Source: an uncultured bacterium
Lineage (GTDB): Bacteria; DAOPZR01
DNA: 33,158 bases
NCBI GenBank assembly: GCA_964637655.1
Contig: CAZWUZ010000010.1
Span: 1 to 33,158 of the forward strand
Direction of reading: 5' to 3'
Shown here one piece after another: positions 17,123-27,179 of the stretch. The translations under genes were made by a program, and so were the position numbers. Within the stretch, counting starts at the first letter, position 1, and every line of letters begins with the position of its first letter. The notes under the pieces were generated by a model. That model did not search any database and was not told the DNA's origin. It saw only the letters and a list, made by a program, of their open reading frames with translations.

Positions 17123-18543
17123 AGCGCCTGCTGCTGCTGCTGCTGCTGCTGGCGGCAGGCGGCTGCGCGCGCACGGAAGCGCCGGCGGGGGCGGAGTATC
17201 CGCCGCGGCTGCGCACGGAACTGCTGACGCTTGAGGAGCGTCTCGTGCTGACCCCTGATGACGGGGCCAAGGCGGCGCGGCTTGTGCATCTGCTGCGGGT
17301 GGCGGGGCTGCCGGATCGCGCGCGCGGCCGCGGCACGGCGTTTGTCGCGCAGTATCCGGCGGCCGCATTGCCGGTGCGGCACGTGCTGGCGGAACTGGCC
17401 TGTGATGCGGCGGACTGGCCGGCCGCTATTGCCGAGGAGCGCGCCATCGCCACGGTTACCGGCGATACGCCGCTGCTGCAGGTCAACCTGGCGGTCATCG
17501 CCGAGCGCAGCGGCGATGACGAAGGCGCACGGTCGCTGCTGGCGGACGCGGTGGCGGCGGCACCGGACCGGCCGGCGGTACTGCACGCGGTCGGCGATTT
17601 CCACCTGCGGCAGGCGGAGACCGCGGCAGCGCATGAGTGGTACCTGCGTGCGTTTACCGTGGCGCCGGCCGACCCGGCGACCATCGTCCGCCTCGGCTAT
17701 GTCGCCGGGCAGTGCGGCGACTGGGAAGAGGCCGGCCGCTGTTTCCAGGAAGTGATACGGCTGGGTGACGGGCGCACGGCTGCCGCCGGGGAGGGCTTTC
17801 TCGGGCTGGCGCGTGTGGCGCTGGTGACCGGGACGATGGCGGAAACGCGCGAGTATCTCGGGCGGGCGCAGACGCTGCTGCCCGAACAGGCCGACCCGCT
17901 CTTCCTGCTGGCGGTGCTCGAAGCACGGCAGCAGAATGATTTTGCCGCGCTCGAACTGCTCAACCAGGCGCTGCTGCTCGACCCGGGGCTGGCGGCAGCG
18001 CACGAACTGGCCGGCGACCTTATGCAGCGCCAGGGTGGCGTGTCGGCGGAGGTGCTGAACAGCTACCGGCGCGCGGCCCGGCTGGCGCCACGGACCATGT
18101 CGGCGTCGCTCAAACTGGCGGGCCTGCACCTGCAGCGGGGGGAACTGGCGGCGGCACGGCAGGTGCTGGACGGGATGCGCCCGGCGGGCGCGGACGGTGC
18201 GGAGCAGGTCGCGTTCAACCGCGCGGTGCTCGATGCGCTGGCGGGCGATACGGCAATCGCGTTTGCCGCGTTTGCCGCGATTCCCGCCGCTTCGCCGCTG
18301 CGGGGGCGTGCGGCCTACAACCGCGCACTGGTGGCCTTGCTGGCCGGCGACCGTGCGGGAGCGCAGGCGGCGAATACCGCCGCGCTGGCGGTCGAGCCGC
18401 GGCACATGCACGCGCTGAACAACCTCGCGGTCTGCCACGCGCTGGCCGGGGAGAAGGCGACCGCGCAGGCGCTGCTGCAGCAGGCGCTGGAACTGGGTGA
18501 GACCACCGAGGCGGCGGCCAACCTGCGGCGGGTGAAAGGGTGA
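17119..18543 (+). CDS. TPR-repeat lipoprotein
   Basis: ATGA overlap with wecA and GGAGG SD; signal MKRLLLLLLLLAAGG-C (lipobox-like); repeated TPR-like helices (e.g. ALNNLAVCHALAGEKATAQALLQQALEL). Confidence 0.8.
   Translation: MKRLLLLLLLLAAGGCARTEAPAGAEYPPRLRTELLTLEERLVLTPDDGAKAARLVHLLRVAGLPDRARGRGTAFVAQYPAAALPVRHVLAELACDAADWPAAIAEERAIATVTGDTPLLQVNLAVIAERSGDDEGARSLLADAVAAAPDRPAVLHAVGDFHLRQAETAAAHEWYLRAFTVAPADPATIVRLGYVAGQCGDWEEAGRCFQEVIRLGDGRTAAAGEGFLGLARVALVTGTMAETREYLGRAQTLLPEQADPLFLLAVLEARQQNDFAALELLNQALLLDPGLAAAHELAGDLMQRQGGVSAEVLNSYRRAARLAPRTMSASLKLAGLHLQRGELAAARQVLDGMRPAGADGAEQVAFNRAVLDALAGDTAIAFAAFAAIPAASPLRGRAAYNRALVALLAGDRAGAQAANTAALAVEPRHMHALNNLAVCHALAGEKATAQALLQQALELGETTEAAANLRRVKG
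17128..17151 (+). repeat. (CTG)8 trinucleotide tract encoding the poly-Leu signal peptide core
   Basis: Eight perfect CTG units, in frame. Confidence 0.9.
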
Positions 18544-18546
18544 CGG

Positions 18547-19470
18547 ATGGGACTGTTTGACCGCCTGCGCGCGGGTCTGGCGAAAACGCGTGATGAACTC
18601 AACGGCCGGCTGCAGGCGCTGGTGCTGGGGCGCGAGCGTATCGACGAGGAATTCCTCGAGTCACTGGAAGAAACGCTGATCACCGCGGATGTCGGGGTAC
18701 AGACGGCGGCGGCGCTGGCGGACAGTTTGCGCCAGGAACCGCCGGAGGAGAAACTCTCCGACGCGCGAGCCGTGGCGCGGCTGCTGCGCGACCGCCTGCG
18801 CGACCTGCTGCCGGCCACTGACGCGGAATTGCACCTGCAGGGCGAACCGGCGGTGGTGCTGGTGCTCGGGGTCAACGGCACGGGCAAGACGACGACGGTG
18901 GCCAAGCTGGCGGCCCTGCTCAAGGCGCAGGGACGGAACGTGGTGCTGGCGGCGGCCGACACCTTCCGCGCGGCGGCCATCGAGCAGCTCGAACTCTGGG
19001 CGGGTCGGGTGGGCGTGCCCTGCATCAAGCAGGGGGCAGGTGCCGACCCGGCGGCGGTCATCTTCGATACGCTTGCGTTCGCGCGCAAGCGCGGGGCTGA
19101 TACCGTGCTGGTTGACACGGCCGGACGGTTGCACACGGTGCAGAACCTGGTCGAGGAACTGAAGAAGATCCGCCGGGTCATCGACCGGCAGTTTCCCGGC
19201 CAGCCGTGCGAGGTGCTGCTGGTGCTCGATGCCACCTGCGGGCAGAATGCGCTGCAGCAGGCGCGGGTGTTCCACGAGGCAACGCAGCTGACGGGCCTGG
19301 TGCTGACCAAACTCGACGGCACGGCCAAGGGGGGCATCGGGCTGGCTATCATGCGCGAATTGCAGGTGCCGGTGAAATTCATCGGGGTCGGCGAACAGCT
19401 CGACGACCTCAAGCCGTTCAACCGCGACGCGTTCATCAATTCGCTGCTGGGGCTGGATGATGCGGACTGA
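18547..19470 (+). CDS. ftsY: Signal recognition particle receptor FtsY (NG domain only)
   Basis: GLAKTR, GVNGTGKTTT, DTFRAAAIEQL, DTAGRL, DATCGQN, TKLDGTAKGG, IGVGE. Confidence 0.97.
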   Translation: MGLFDRLRAGLAKTRDELNGRLQALVLGRERIDEEFLESLEETLITADVGVQTAAALADSLRQEPPEEKLSDARAVARLLRDRLRDLLPATDAELHLQGEPAVVLVLGVNGTGKTTTVAKLAALLKAQGRNVVLAAADTFRAAAIEQLELWAGRVGVPCIKQGAGADPAAVIFDTLAFARKRGADTVLVDTAGRLHTVQNLVEELKKIRRVIDRQFPGQPCEVLLVLDATCGQNALQQARVFHEATQLTGLVLTKLDGTAKGGIGLAIMRELQVPVKFIGVGEQLDDLKPFNRDAFINSLLGLDDAD

Positions 19471-20518
19471 CGAGGCGGTGATGGAGTACTGCCTGGCACT
19501 CGCCCGGCGCGGGGCGGGACACGTGTCGCCCAACCCGCTGGTCGGCGCGGCAGTCGTGCGTGACAACTGCGTGGTGAGCGCGGGCTGGCACGAGCGGTTC
19601 GGCGGCCCGCACGCGGAAGTCAACGCGCTGCGCCGCGGCTGCCCGCCGGACAGCACGCTCTACGTGACGCTCGAGCCCTGCTGTCATCACGGCAAGACGC
19701 CGCCCTGCACTGAACTGATCATTCGCGAGCGGGTGCGGGAAGTGGTGGCGGGCATAACCGACCCGCACGCGAAGGTGGCCGGCAGGGGTTTTGCGCAACT
19801 CCGGCGCGCCGGGGTGCGCGTGCGCACGGGGGTGCGCGAACGCGACTGCCGCGCGCTCAACCGCGCGTTTGTCAGACATATCACCACCGGGCTGCCGCTG
19901 GTTATCCTCAAGGCGGGACTGACGCTCGATGGCGCGATTGCCCCGGCGGGCGGTCGACGCGTGGTCATCACGTCGGCCGCGGCCCGCGCGGATGCGGCCC
20001 GTTTCCGCGCGACAGTGGACGCGGTGCTGGTCGGACGCGGCACGGTCGCGGCGGACAACCCGCGGCTGACGGCGCGCGGGGTGCGCAATGCGCGCCAGCC
20101 GTTGCGCGTCGTGCTCGACACGCACGGCATGCTCCCCGCCCGGTTGCGGGTATTCACTGACGGGGCGGCAGCGACGCTGCGCGTGACGGGGCCTGACGTG
20201 CGCCTGCCGCGCGCCCGCCGCTACGAACACCTGCGCCTGCCGCTGCGCCGCGGGCGGATTGACCTGCGCTTGCTGCTGGCGGAACTCGGGCGGCGCGGCA
20301 TCGCGTCGGTGCTCGTCGAAGGAGGCAGCGCGGTCAACGCCGCGTTCATGCGTGCCGGTCTTGTCGACGGCTGCCGGCTCTATTTCGCGCCGCGCGTCCT
20401 GGGCGGCAGCCGCGTGCCGTGGCTGGCGGAGCAGGCGGCCGGTATCGACTGGGCGGAGTGGCAGGTTGAGCAGCATGACGACTATGCCCTTTTCACCGGC
20501 TGGCGGGAGCGCGCGTGA
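19457..20518 (+). CDS. ribD: Bifunctional pyrimidine deaminase/reductase RibD
   Basis: [45 protein letters not shown]. Exact start (19457, 19460 or 19481) uncertain. Confidence 0.95.
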   Translation: MMRTDEAVMEYCLALARRGAGHVSPNPLVGAAVVRDNCVVSAGWHERFGGPHAEVNALRRGCPPDSTLYVTLEPCCHHGKTPPCTELIIRERVREVVAGITDPHAKVAGRGFAQLRRAGVRVRTGVRERDCRALNRAFVRHITTGLPLVILKAGLTLDGAIAPAGGRRVVITSAAARADAARFRATVDAVLVGRGTVAADNPRLTARGVRNARQPLRVVLDTHGMLPARLRVFTDGAAATLRVTGPDVRLPRARRYEHLRLPLRRGRIDLRLLLAELGRRGIASVLVEGGSAVNAAFMRAGLVDGCRLYFAPRVLGGSRVPWLAEQAAGIDWAEWQVEQHDDYALFTGWRERA

Positions 20519-21144
20519 TGTTTACCGGACTGATCGAAGCGGTCGGCACGCTGGCGCGGCGGCAGGAGCGCCCCGGACGCCTGTGGGTGAACTATCCTGA
20601 TACCTGGCCGGTGCCGGCCACGGGCGCGAGCATTGCCGTCAACGGGGTCTGCCTGACCGTGTCGGAGCACGGGCGCGGCGAATTCGCCGCCGACCTGCTG
20701 GCGGAAACCGCCACCCGCACCACGCTCGGGCGGCTGCCGACGGGGGCGCTGCTCAACCTCGAGCGGGCGCTGACCGCGGAACGCGGGTTCGACGGGCATA
20801 TCGTTACCGGCCATGTCGACGCGGTGGTGACGCTGCGGCGCTGGCAGGAACACGCGGCCGGGCGCGAACTGTTTGTCGACCTTCCCGCCGCCCTGGCGGA
20901 TTTTGTCGCGCCGCAGGGTTCGGTGGCGCTGAACGGCATTTCGCTGACGGTGGCGGAAGTCGCGGGGCCGGTGGTTCGGCTCGGCATCATTCCGCACACC
21001 TACGCACAGACGAACCTGCGCACGCTGCAGAGCGGCGCGGCGCTCAACCTGGAAGTTGACATCATCGCCCGCTACGCGGTGCACGCCTTGCGGCGGCAGC
21101 GTGGCGGACTGGCGGAGCTGCTGAAACCGTATGACCATTCCTGA
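20518..21144 (+). CDS. ribE: Riboflavin synthase (alpha chain)
   Basis: Canonical N-terminus MFTGLIE (ATG 20518), [49 protein letters not shown]. Confidence 0.95.
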   Translation: MFTGLIEAVGTLARRQERPGRLWVNYPDTWPVPATGASIAVNGVCLTVSEHGRGEFAADLLAETATRTTLGRLPTGALLNLERALTAERGFDGHIVTGHVDAVVTLRRWQEHAAGRELFVDLPAALADFVAPQGSVALNGISLTVAEVAGPVVRLGIIPHTYAQTNLRTLQSGAALNLEVDIIARYAVHALRRQRGGLAELLKPYDHS

Positions 21145-22381
21145 GAAAACGGTGGTGCCGGCGGATATTCCCGCGGCGCTTGACGATTTGCGTGCCGGAA
21201 AAATGCTGCTGGTGGTGGACGACGAGGACCGCGAAAACGAAGGCGACTTCGTCATGGCAGCGGAAAAGGTGACGCCGGCGGCGATCAACTTCATGGCGAC
21301 GCGCGGGCGCGGACTGATTTGCGTGCCGATGCTGCGCGAGCGGCTGGCGGCGCTGCAGGTGGGCGCCATGGTCAGCGAGAACCAGGAGCAGCACCGCACG
21401 GCGTTCACCGTGTCGGTGGATGCGCGGCATGGCATCACGACCGGCATCTCGGCGGCGGATCGCGCGCGCACGGTGCAGGTGCTGGCCGATCCGGCGAGCA
21501 CGGCTGCCGACCTGGTGCGCCCGGGGCATATCTTTCCCATCGCCGCGCGTCCTGACGGCGTGCTTGAACGCGCCGGGCACACCGAGGCGGCAGTCGATTT
21601 GATGCGTCTCGCCGGGCTGGCGCCGGCGGGGATCATCTGCGAGGTGATGCGCGACGACGGGACGATGGCGCGCCTGCCGGACCTGCAGGCGATGGCGCGG
21701 ACGGAGGGCCTGAAACTGGTCACCATCCGCGACCTGATCGCCTACCGCAGCCGCACGGAGAAAATGGTCACGCATGTCGCGACGGCGCGCATGCCGACGC
21801 GCTGGGGGGAATTCACCATCCATGCCTACCGCGCGCGGCGCGACGGCAAGGAGCATGTGGCGCTGGTGCACGGCAGCGTGGCGGGCAAGGCCAACGTGCT
21901 GGTGCGCGTGCATTCGCAGTGCCTGACGGGCGACCTGTTCGGCTCGCGGCGCTGCGACTGCGGCGGGCAGCTCGACCTGGCGCTGCAGCGCATCGCGGCG
22001 GAGGACGGTGTGCTGCTCTACCTCTGCCAGGAGGGGCGCGGCATCGGGCTGGCGAACAAGATCAAGGCCTACCAGCTGCAGGAAACCGGGCTGGACACCG
22101 TCGAGGCGAACGAATGCCTCGGCTTCAAGGCGGACCAGCGCGAATACGGGGTAGGCGCGCAGATCCTTGCCGACCTCGGGCTGACCTCGCTGCGCCTGAT
22201 GACCAACAACCCGCGCAAACTGGTCGGCCTCGAAGGGTACGGACTGACCATCAGCGAGCGGGTGCAGATCGAACTGCCGCCGGTACAGGACAACCGCGCG
22301 TACCTGGAATGCAAGAAGGAAAAACTCGGACATTACCTGCAGCTTGCGGACGGGCAGCCGCCCGCGGGCACGAAAGGATAA
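21131..22381 (+). CDS. ribBA: Bifunctional DHBP synthase / GTP cyclohydrolase II
   Basis: [79 protein letters not shown]. Confidence 0.97.
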   Translation: MTIPEKTVVPADIPAALDDLRAGKMLLVVDDEDRENEGDFVMAAEKVTPAAINFMATRGRGLICVPMLRERLAALQVGAMVSENQEQHRTAFTVSVDARHGITTGISAADRARTVQVLADPASTAADLVRPGHIFPIAARPDGVLERAGHTEAAVDLMRLAGLAPAGIICEVMRDDGTMARLPDLQAMARTEGLKLVTIRDLIAYRSRTEKMVTHVATARMPTRWGEFTIHAYRARRDGKEHVALVHGSVAGKANVLVRVHSQCLTGDLFGSRRCDCGGQLDLALQRIAAEDGVLLYLCQEGRGIGLANKIKAYQLQETGLDTVEANECLGFKADQREYGVGAQILADLGLTSLRLMTNNPRKLVGLEGYGLTISERVQIELPPVQDNRAYLECKKEKLGHYLQLADGQPPAGTKG

Positions 22382-22390
22382 GGTGGGGAC

Positions 22391-22849
22391 ATGGTTAAGG
22401 AAATCAGCGGCGACGTGAAGGGTGACGGCAAGAAGTTCGGCATCGTGCTGTCGCGCTTCAACGATTTCATCGGCGGGCGCCTGCTCGAAGGGGCGCTCGA
22501 CTGCCTCAAACGGCACGGGGCGGAGGAGAGCGGTATCACGGTGGTGCGCGTGCCGGGCGCGTTCGAAATCCCGCTCATGGCGCAGCGGCTGGCGAAGAGC
22601 GGCAAGTGTCACGCGGTGATCTGCCTGGGCGCGGTCATCCGCGGCGCCACCCCGCACTTCGAGTATGTCGCGTCGGAAGTGGCCAAGGGGGTGGCGCAGG
22701 CCTCGCTGGCGACGGATGTGCCCATCACCTTCGGGGTCATTACCGCGGATACCGTCGAGCAGGCGGTCGAGCGCGCCGGGACCAAGGCGGGGAACAAGGG
22801 GTGGGATGCGGCGCTGGCGGCGCTGGAAATGGCGAATCTCAAGGTATGA
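22391..22849 (+). CDS. ribH: 6,7-dimethyl-8-ribityllumazine synthase
   Basis: [46 protein letters not shown]. Confidence 0.97.
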   Translation: MVKEISGDVKGDGKKFGIVLSRFNDFIGGRLLEGALDCLKRHGAEESGITVVRVPGAFEIPLMAQRLAKSGKCHAVICLGAVIRGATPHFEYVASEVAKGVAQASLATDVPITFGVITADTVEQAVERAGTKAGNKGWDAALAALEMANLKV

Positions 22850-23277
22850 GCCCGCGCAAGAAGAAGCAGGAAATCGAGGAAGTGCCGGTCGACACGCACC
22901 CGCTGAGCCGGCGCAAGGCGCGGGTGCGGGCCCTGGAACTGATCTATGCGCGGGCGATGGGGCAGGAGGAACCGGCGCCGGCCACGGACGACCTGGTGCG
23001 CGCCCTCGATACCGCGGTGCACGAGCATGCTGCGGCGTATGACGCGCTGGTGCAGCCGAAGCTGAAGAACTGGACCATCGACCGCCTGGCGGTGGTCGAC
23101 CGCATCATCCTGCACATGGCGCTGGCGGAGATGCTGCACCTCGGCACGGCGCCGCGGGTGGCGATCAACGAGGCCATCGAACTGGCCAAGTCCTACAGCG
23201 AGCCGGACAGCACGCGCTACATCAACGGCATCCTCGATGCCGTCATGCGGGAGCAGGGGCTTGACGGAAAACGCTAA
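22846..23277 (+). CDS. nusB: Transcription antitermination factor NusB
   Basis: ATGA overlap with rib[50 protein letters not shown]; conserved ribH-nusB order. Confidence 0.95.
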   Translation: MSPRKKKQEIEEVPVDTHPLSRRKARVRALELIYARAMGQEEPAPATDDLVRALDTAVHEHAAAYDALVQPKLKNWTIDRLAVVDRIILHMALAEMLHLGTAPRVAINEAIELAKSYSEPDSTRYINGILDAVMREQGLDGKR

Positions 23278-25243
23278 GTTCAACCCGGCCTGGCTGCTGG
23301 CGGCGTTCCTGGCGCTGATCCTCGCGGTCAGCGGCTACTTCGCCGCCCGGACCCTGTTTCACCGGCCGGGCGCCGGTCCTGACGGCGATACCGTGACGGT
23401 GACCGCATCGGGTAATGAGCCGGCGGCAGCCACCCCGGCGGTGTCGGGCCTGCCGGAACTCGTGGCGCAGCGTTTCGCGGCTGACGCGGAGCGACTGCCC
23501 GTGGTGCTGGCGGCGGCGCGCAGTGCGTTTGCGGCACAGCAGTACGCAGCGGCGGAAGCCGCGTACCGCGAGGCGGTGGCGCTGAGCAACTGGGACACCG
23601 TGACGCAGGAGGCGTTTGCGCGGCTGGGTGACATCTACTACGACCTGGCGCAATTCACCAATGCCGCCTTCTGCTACCGGCTCACGATGGATGAGCGCCT
23701 GACCGGTACCGTCGGCTGGGACGATACCGTGCAGCATAATCTCGCACTGGCGGAACTGCAGCGGGGCAATCTGGCGGCGGCACGGACGGCGGCACACAGT
23801 GCGCTGGCGCTGCGCGTCACGGATGGCGGTCATTACGCGTTGCTGGCGGTGGTCGCGGAACGGCTGAGTGATATCGAGGCAGAGACCATTGCGCGCAAGG
23901 CGGTGGCGCTCGACACGGACAATGCGCTGGCCCGGGTCAATTATGCAATTCTTGCGCTGCGGCGCAACTATTATGACACGGCCCTCCTGCAACTGCAGCA
24001 GGCGCTGGCACTGAACCCGGCGCCCGCGGTGCGACGGCGGGCGCTGGCGGAACTGGCGCAGGCACGGCTCATGCGCGGTACGCCCAAAGAGGCGCTGCCG
24101 GTGTATGAACAGGCGCTGGCGGATGACCCGGATGACCCGGTGCTGCTGCACAATTACGGACTGGCGCTGCTGCGTGCGGGTGAGGCGGAGGCGGCTGTGG
24201 TCCAGCTGCGTCGGGCGACAGCAATGCCGCCGGTATCCCCGCCCACCTGCTACCTGCTGGGCCGGGCCCTGGGGGCGACCAACAACAGCGGCCTGGCCGG
24301 CGAAGCGATCCGCGCCTATCAGCGCGGGATCGAGGCGGATCCGCGCAATGTCGCGCAGTACTGCCGCCTGGGCAAACTGTTTTATGACAATCGTGACTAT
24401 GGTTCAGCGCGGCTGACCTTTGCGCAGGTGCTCGAACTCGACCGGGAATCGCTCTACGCGACGACGGCACACCGGTATCTGGCGGTTATTGCCTACGGAC
24501 AGGCGGACTATGCGGAAGCGCTTACCCAGATCGCGGCGGCACTGTCGCTCGGCCATAACCAGCGCGAACTGCAATTTGACCGCGGCCTGATCCGCTGCCG
24601 GGCCGGGGACACCGAAGCCGGCCTGCAGGATCTGCAGGAAGTGCAGCACGAAGCACCGGGGAAGGTTACCCTGCAGGCGTATGCGTCCACGCTGCTGCGG
24701 GCCGGACGCTACGTGGAGGCGCTGGCCCCGCTGCAGACGCTGACGGGGCTCGATACCGGCGATGCCACCTGGCCGGGACTGCTCGGCCGGGTGCAGCAGC
24801 AGCGTCATGACCTGCCGGCGGCAGCGACGGCGTATACCACCGCGCTGCAGCGTCCGGCGAACCGCACCTGGCAGTACCGGATCAACGTGAACCTGGCCGC
24901 GGTGCATGCTGGCCTGCGCCACTGGACGGAGGCCGAGCGCTGCCTGCGGCAGGCGGCAGCGGTCGAACCGGACCGCTGGGAGAGCTATTACCAGACCGCG
25001 CTGACGGCGGCGGCGCAGGGGCGCAGCGATGCCGCGCTGGCGGCGGTGCGGGTTGCCCTCGAAAAGGAGCCGCTGGCGGCGCGCAGTCATGCCGCGCACG
25101 GGTGGCTGCTGTGGGAAAAAGGGTTGCGGGCGGAGGCGGCGACGGCATGGGAACGTGCCGTCGAGCTTGATCCGACCATGCTGGACGCGCTCTACAATAT
25201 CGACTACTACCGGCGCCAGGCGGCGTCGGCCGGGGAGGAATAG
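23261..25243 (+). CDS. Membrane-anchored multi-TPR protein
   Basis: Single N-terminal TM segment (WLLAAFLALILAVSGYFAA), low-complexity linker, then many TPR-like units (ADDPDDPVLLHNYGLAL; ADPRNVAQYCRLGKLFY; AVELDP). TTG 23261 with AGGGG upstream chosen as start; 23237 is an alternative. Confidence 0.8.
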   Translation: MTENAKFNPAWLLAAFLALILAVSGYFAARTLFHRPGAGPDGDTVTVTASGNEPAAATPAVSGLPELVAQRFAADAERLPVVLAAARSAFAAQQYAAAEAAYREAVALSNWDTVTQEAFARLGDIYYDLAQFTNAAFCYRLTMDERLTGTVGWDDTVQHNLALAELQRGNLAAARTAAHSALALRVTDGGHYALLAVVAERLSDIEAETIARKAVALDTDNALARVNYAILALRRNYYDTALLQLQQALALNPAPAVRRRALAELAQARLMRGTPKEALPVYEQALADDPDDPVLLHNYGLALLRAGEAEAAVVQLRRATAMPPVSPPTCYLLGRALGATNNSGLAGEAIRAYQRGIEADPRNVAQYCRLGKLFYDNRDYGSARLTFAQVLELDRESLYATTAHRYLAVIAYGQADYAEALTQIAAALSLGHNQRELQFDRGLIRCRAGDTEAGLQDLQEVQHEAPGKVTLQAYASTLLRAGRYVEALAPLQTLTGLDTGDATWPGLLGRVQQQRHDLPAAATAYTTALQRPANRTWQYRINVNLAAVHAGLRHWTEAERCLRQAAAVEPDRWESYYQTALTAAAQGRSDAALAAVRVALEKEPLAARSHAAHGWLLWEKGLRAEAATAWERAVELDPTMLDALYNIDYYRRQAASAGEE

Positions 25244-25244
25244 C

Positions 25245-26249
25245 ATGCGTTATCTGATTCTGCCGCTGCTGGCGGCGCTGTTATGTGCGGGGTGCATGGA
25301 GTATACCCAGGAAATCGTGGTCAATCCCGACGGGAGCGGCAGTTCGACCGTCGATTTTGCCATGTCCACGTCGCTGTTTGCCCTGGCGCAGCAGGCGGGA
25401 AATGACGAGCCGGGAGCGGACCAACGCGACCCGCTGGCGGAGACGCGGGAAAAGTTCTCCGCCATGCGCGACCGGCTGGCGGCGCACCCGGCGGTGCGGC
25501 GCGCCGATTACCGCGAGTACACGGCGGGTGACATGCAGCATTTTGCCGTCAGCATCGACCTGACCGACATCACGCGGCTCAGTGACCTGCAGGAATTCCT
25601 CAACGAGGGGGGGATCGGCAACGGTCCTGACGAGGGGCGCAACCGCTCGCAACTGTCGCTCACCGCGCAGGAAAACGGCCTGCGTTTCCGCTACCTGATG
25701 GAACTGGTGCCGGACGGGGAAGAGAACGGGACCGGCGAAAACGCGGAGATGGGGCGCGCGATGCTTGCTTCCGCTTTTGCCCGCAAATATTTCACCGTGC
25801 GCGTGCGCGGGCCGCAGGTACATGTGCCGGCGGCTGCGCTGGCGAACAGTTCCCCGGCGGCGGATGGCAGCTCGGTGGAATGGCGCATCCCGATGACTGA
25901 ACTGCTGGGCGGCAAATTCAACCGTGAACTGCTGGCGGACATCAGCGTGCCGGCGCTCGACCGGGGCGCGGTACCTGCGGTGTCGGCACCTGCGGTCGCG
26001 GCAGCGCTGCCGGCGGCAGCACCCGGGGTTCCGGTCTGGTACACCGGCACGGTCATTCCGACCCTGCCGCGGCAGGGAGACAATTACCGCATGGCGCTGC
26101 TGCCGCAGTATCACGCTGCTCCGTCGTACTACGCGGTGCCTGCCTATCCGCGCTACCGGTTGTCTCTGGTGCGCGCTCTGGCGGAAAGTTATGCGTTGCA
26201 GCTGACGACGACAGAACGCGCGTATCTGGTGCAACTGCTCGGCTACTGA
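25245..26249 (+). CDS. Lipoprotein with LppM-like N-terminal domain
   Basis: ATG 25245 after GGAGG; MRYLILPLLAALLCAG-C lipobox; IVVNPDGSG and DGSSVEWRIP patterns recall LppM/DUF3153-type proteins (from memory). Confidence 0.7.
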   Translation: MRYLILPLLAALLCAGCMEYTQEIVVNPDGSGSSTVDFAMSTSLFALAQQAGNDEPGADQRDPLAETREKFSAMRDRLAAHPAVRRADYREYTAGDMQHFAVSIDLTDITRLSDLQEFLNEGGIGNGPDEGRNRSQLSLTAQENGLRFRYLMELVPDGEENGTGENAEMGRAMLASAFARKYFTVRVRGPQVHVPAAALANSSPAADGSSVEWRIPMTELLGGKFNRELLADISVPALDRGAVPAVSAPAVAAALPAAAPGVPVWYTGTVIPTLPRQGDNYRMALLPQYHAAPSYYAVPAYPRYRLSLVRALAESYALQLTTTERAYLVQLLGY

Positions 26250-26257
26250 AGCCGCCG

Positions 26258-26300
26258 AAAAATAACGGGGGAGCGGGCTGGTGCCCGCTCCCCCGTCGTT
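26258..26300. terminator. Intrinsic terminator between convergent operons (clear on minus strand, possibly bidirectional)
   Basis: Perfect 14 bp stem ACGGGGGAGCGGGC (26265-26278) / GCCCGCTCCCCCGT (26283-26296), loop TGGT; TATTTTT follows on the minus strand, only a weak T tail on plus. Confidence 0.85.
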
Positions 26301-26314
26301 CGTTACGGGAAGAC

Positions 26315-26563
26315 TTACTGCTGCATCTCGGCGGCAACTTCGGCTTCGAGCTGCGCCAGCAGCTGCGGGTAGTTGTCGCGGGTGACCGGCGCATATGCCG
26401 GAGCCGCGGTCTCCAGTTTCGCCAGCACGACTTCCTCGTCAGCGGTGATCACCGCTTCCACCGCCGGATCGAGCGCGACCGCGGTATCGGCAGCCGGCTG
26501 CTGCCCGCACCCGGTGGCCAGCAGCGCAAGCGCGCACAGGGTGATGAGCATGAACGTTTTCAT
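26315..26563 (-). CDS. Small acidic lipoprotein, unknown function
   Basis: MKTFMLITLCALALLATG-C lipobox; ATGA overlap with the upstream gene; GGAGG SD; followed by the terminator. Confidence 0.8.
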   Translation of the reverse strand: MKTFMLITLCALALLATGCGQQPAADTAVALDPAVEAVITADEEVVLAKLETAAPAYAPVTRDNYPQLLAQLEAEVAAEMQQ

Positions 26564-27141
26564 TGCACACCTCCATCCGCTGCCGCGCGTGTACTGATGT
26601 TCTGCTCCATCTGGCTCAGACGGTTCAGGTGACGGTCACGGACTTCCTGCGCCTGCTGCAGCAGCTGGTCACAGCGCTGCACGGCCGCCGTGTTGCCTGC
26701 CGCCTCGGCCTGGGTGCGGATCTCGTTGATGTGCGCACTACGTTTCTGGTAGGTCTCCTCGACCCGCGTGCGGGCGGTGCCAACCCGGGTCAACGCTTCC
26801 GCCCGGCGTTCCTCACGCCGCTGCTGCCGCGCTTCCTGCCGTGCTTCACGCGAATCATGCCGCATCTCCTGACGGGCGGCCATCGCCTCGTGTCGCCCGG
26901 CGCGGGAATCCTGCCGTTGCTCGTGCCGCGCCTGCATCTCCTCACGCCGTCCGGCCCGCGAATCCTGCCGCGCCTCAACCCGGGCCGCGACGTTCTCGCG
27001 CACCTGCGGCCGGGGGTGCAGGCGGGGCGGTGCCGCCGCCGGCCGTGCTTCGCGTGCCTCCTGGCGCGGTCCGGCGCCAAGCAGCACCGGCACGAGCACG
27101 AGCCCGGCTGCCGCCAGCACTCCCTTCTGCCACTGTTTCAT
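26560..27141 (-). CDS. Secreted R/E/Q/A-rich helical protein with internal repeats, unknown function
   Basis: ATG 27141 with AAGGAG SD; signal-like MKQWQKGVLAAAGLVLVPVLLGA; highly charged coiled-coil-like body. Confidence 0.75.
   Translation of the reverse strand: MKQWQKGVLAAAGLVLVPVLLGAGPRQEAREARPAAAPPRLHPRPQVRENVAARVEARQDSRAGRREEMQARHEQRQDSRAGRHEAMAARQEMRHDSREARQEARQQRREERRAEALTRVGTARTRVEETYQKRSAHINEIRTQAEAAGNTAAVQRCDQLLQQAQEVRDRHLNRLSQMEQNISTRAAADGGVQ
26809..26970 (-). repeat. Three degenerate 54 bp (18 aa) tandem repeats
   Basis: Units start at 26970, 26916 and 26862: RQDSRAGRREEMQARHEQ / RQDSRAGRHEAMAARQEM / RHDSREARQEARQQRREE. Confidence 0.85.
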
Positions 27142-27179
27142 GAAAGACTCCTTTCTCCCGTCGTGCGGGAAACTGCGGG

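Noticed and set aside
17128..17151. (CTG)8 as a phase-variation tract
   Set aside because: Unit length of 3 keeps the frame; it is explained by poly-Leu in a signal peptide using the preferred CTG codon.
18547..19470. Short FtsY as a truncated gene
   Set aside because: NG-only FtsY with an N-terminal amphipathic helix is normal in many bacteria; all GTPase motifs are present.
26809..26970. 54 bp periodic repeats as a CRISPR array
   Set aside because: Degenerate, in-frame coding repeats without unique spacers; no cas genes.
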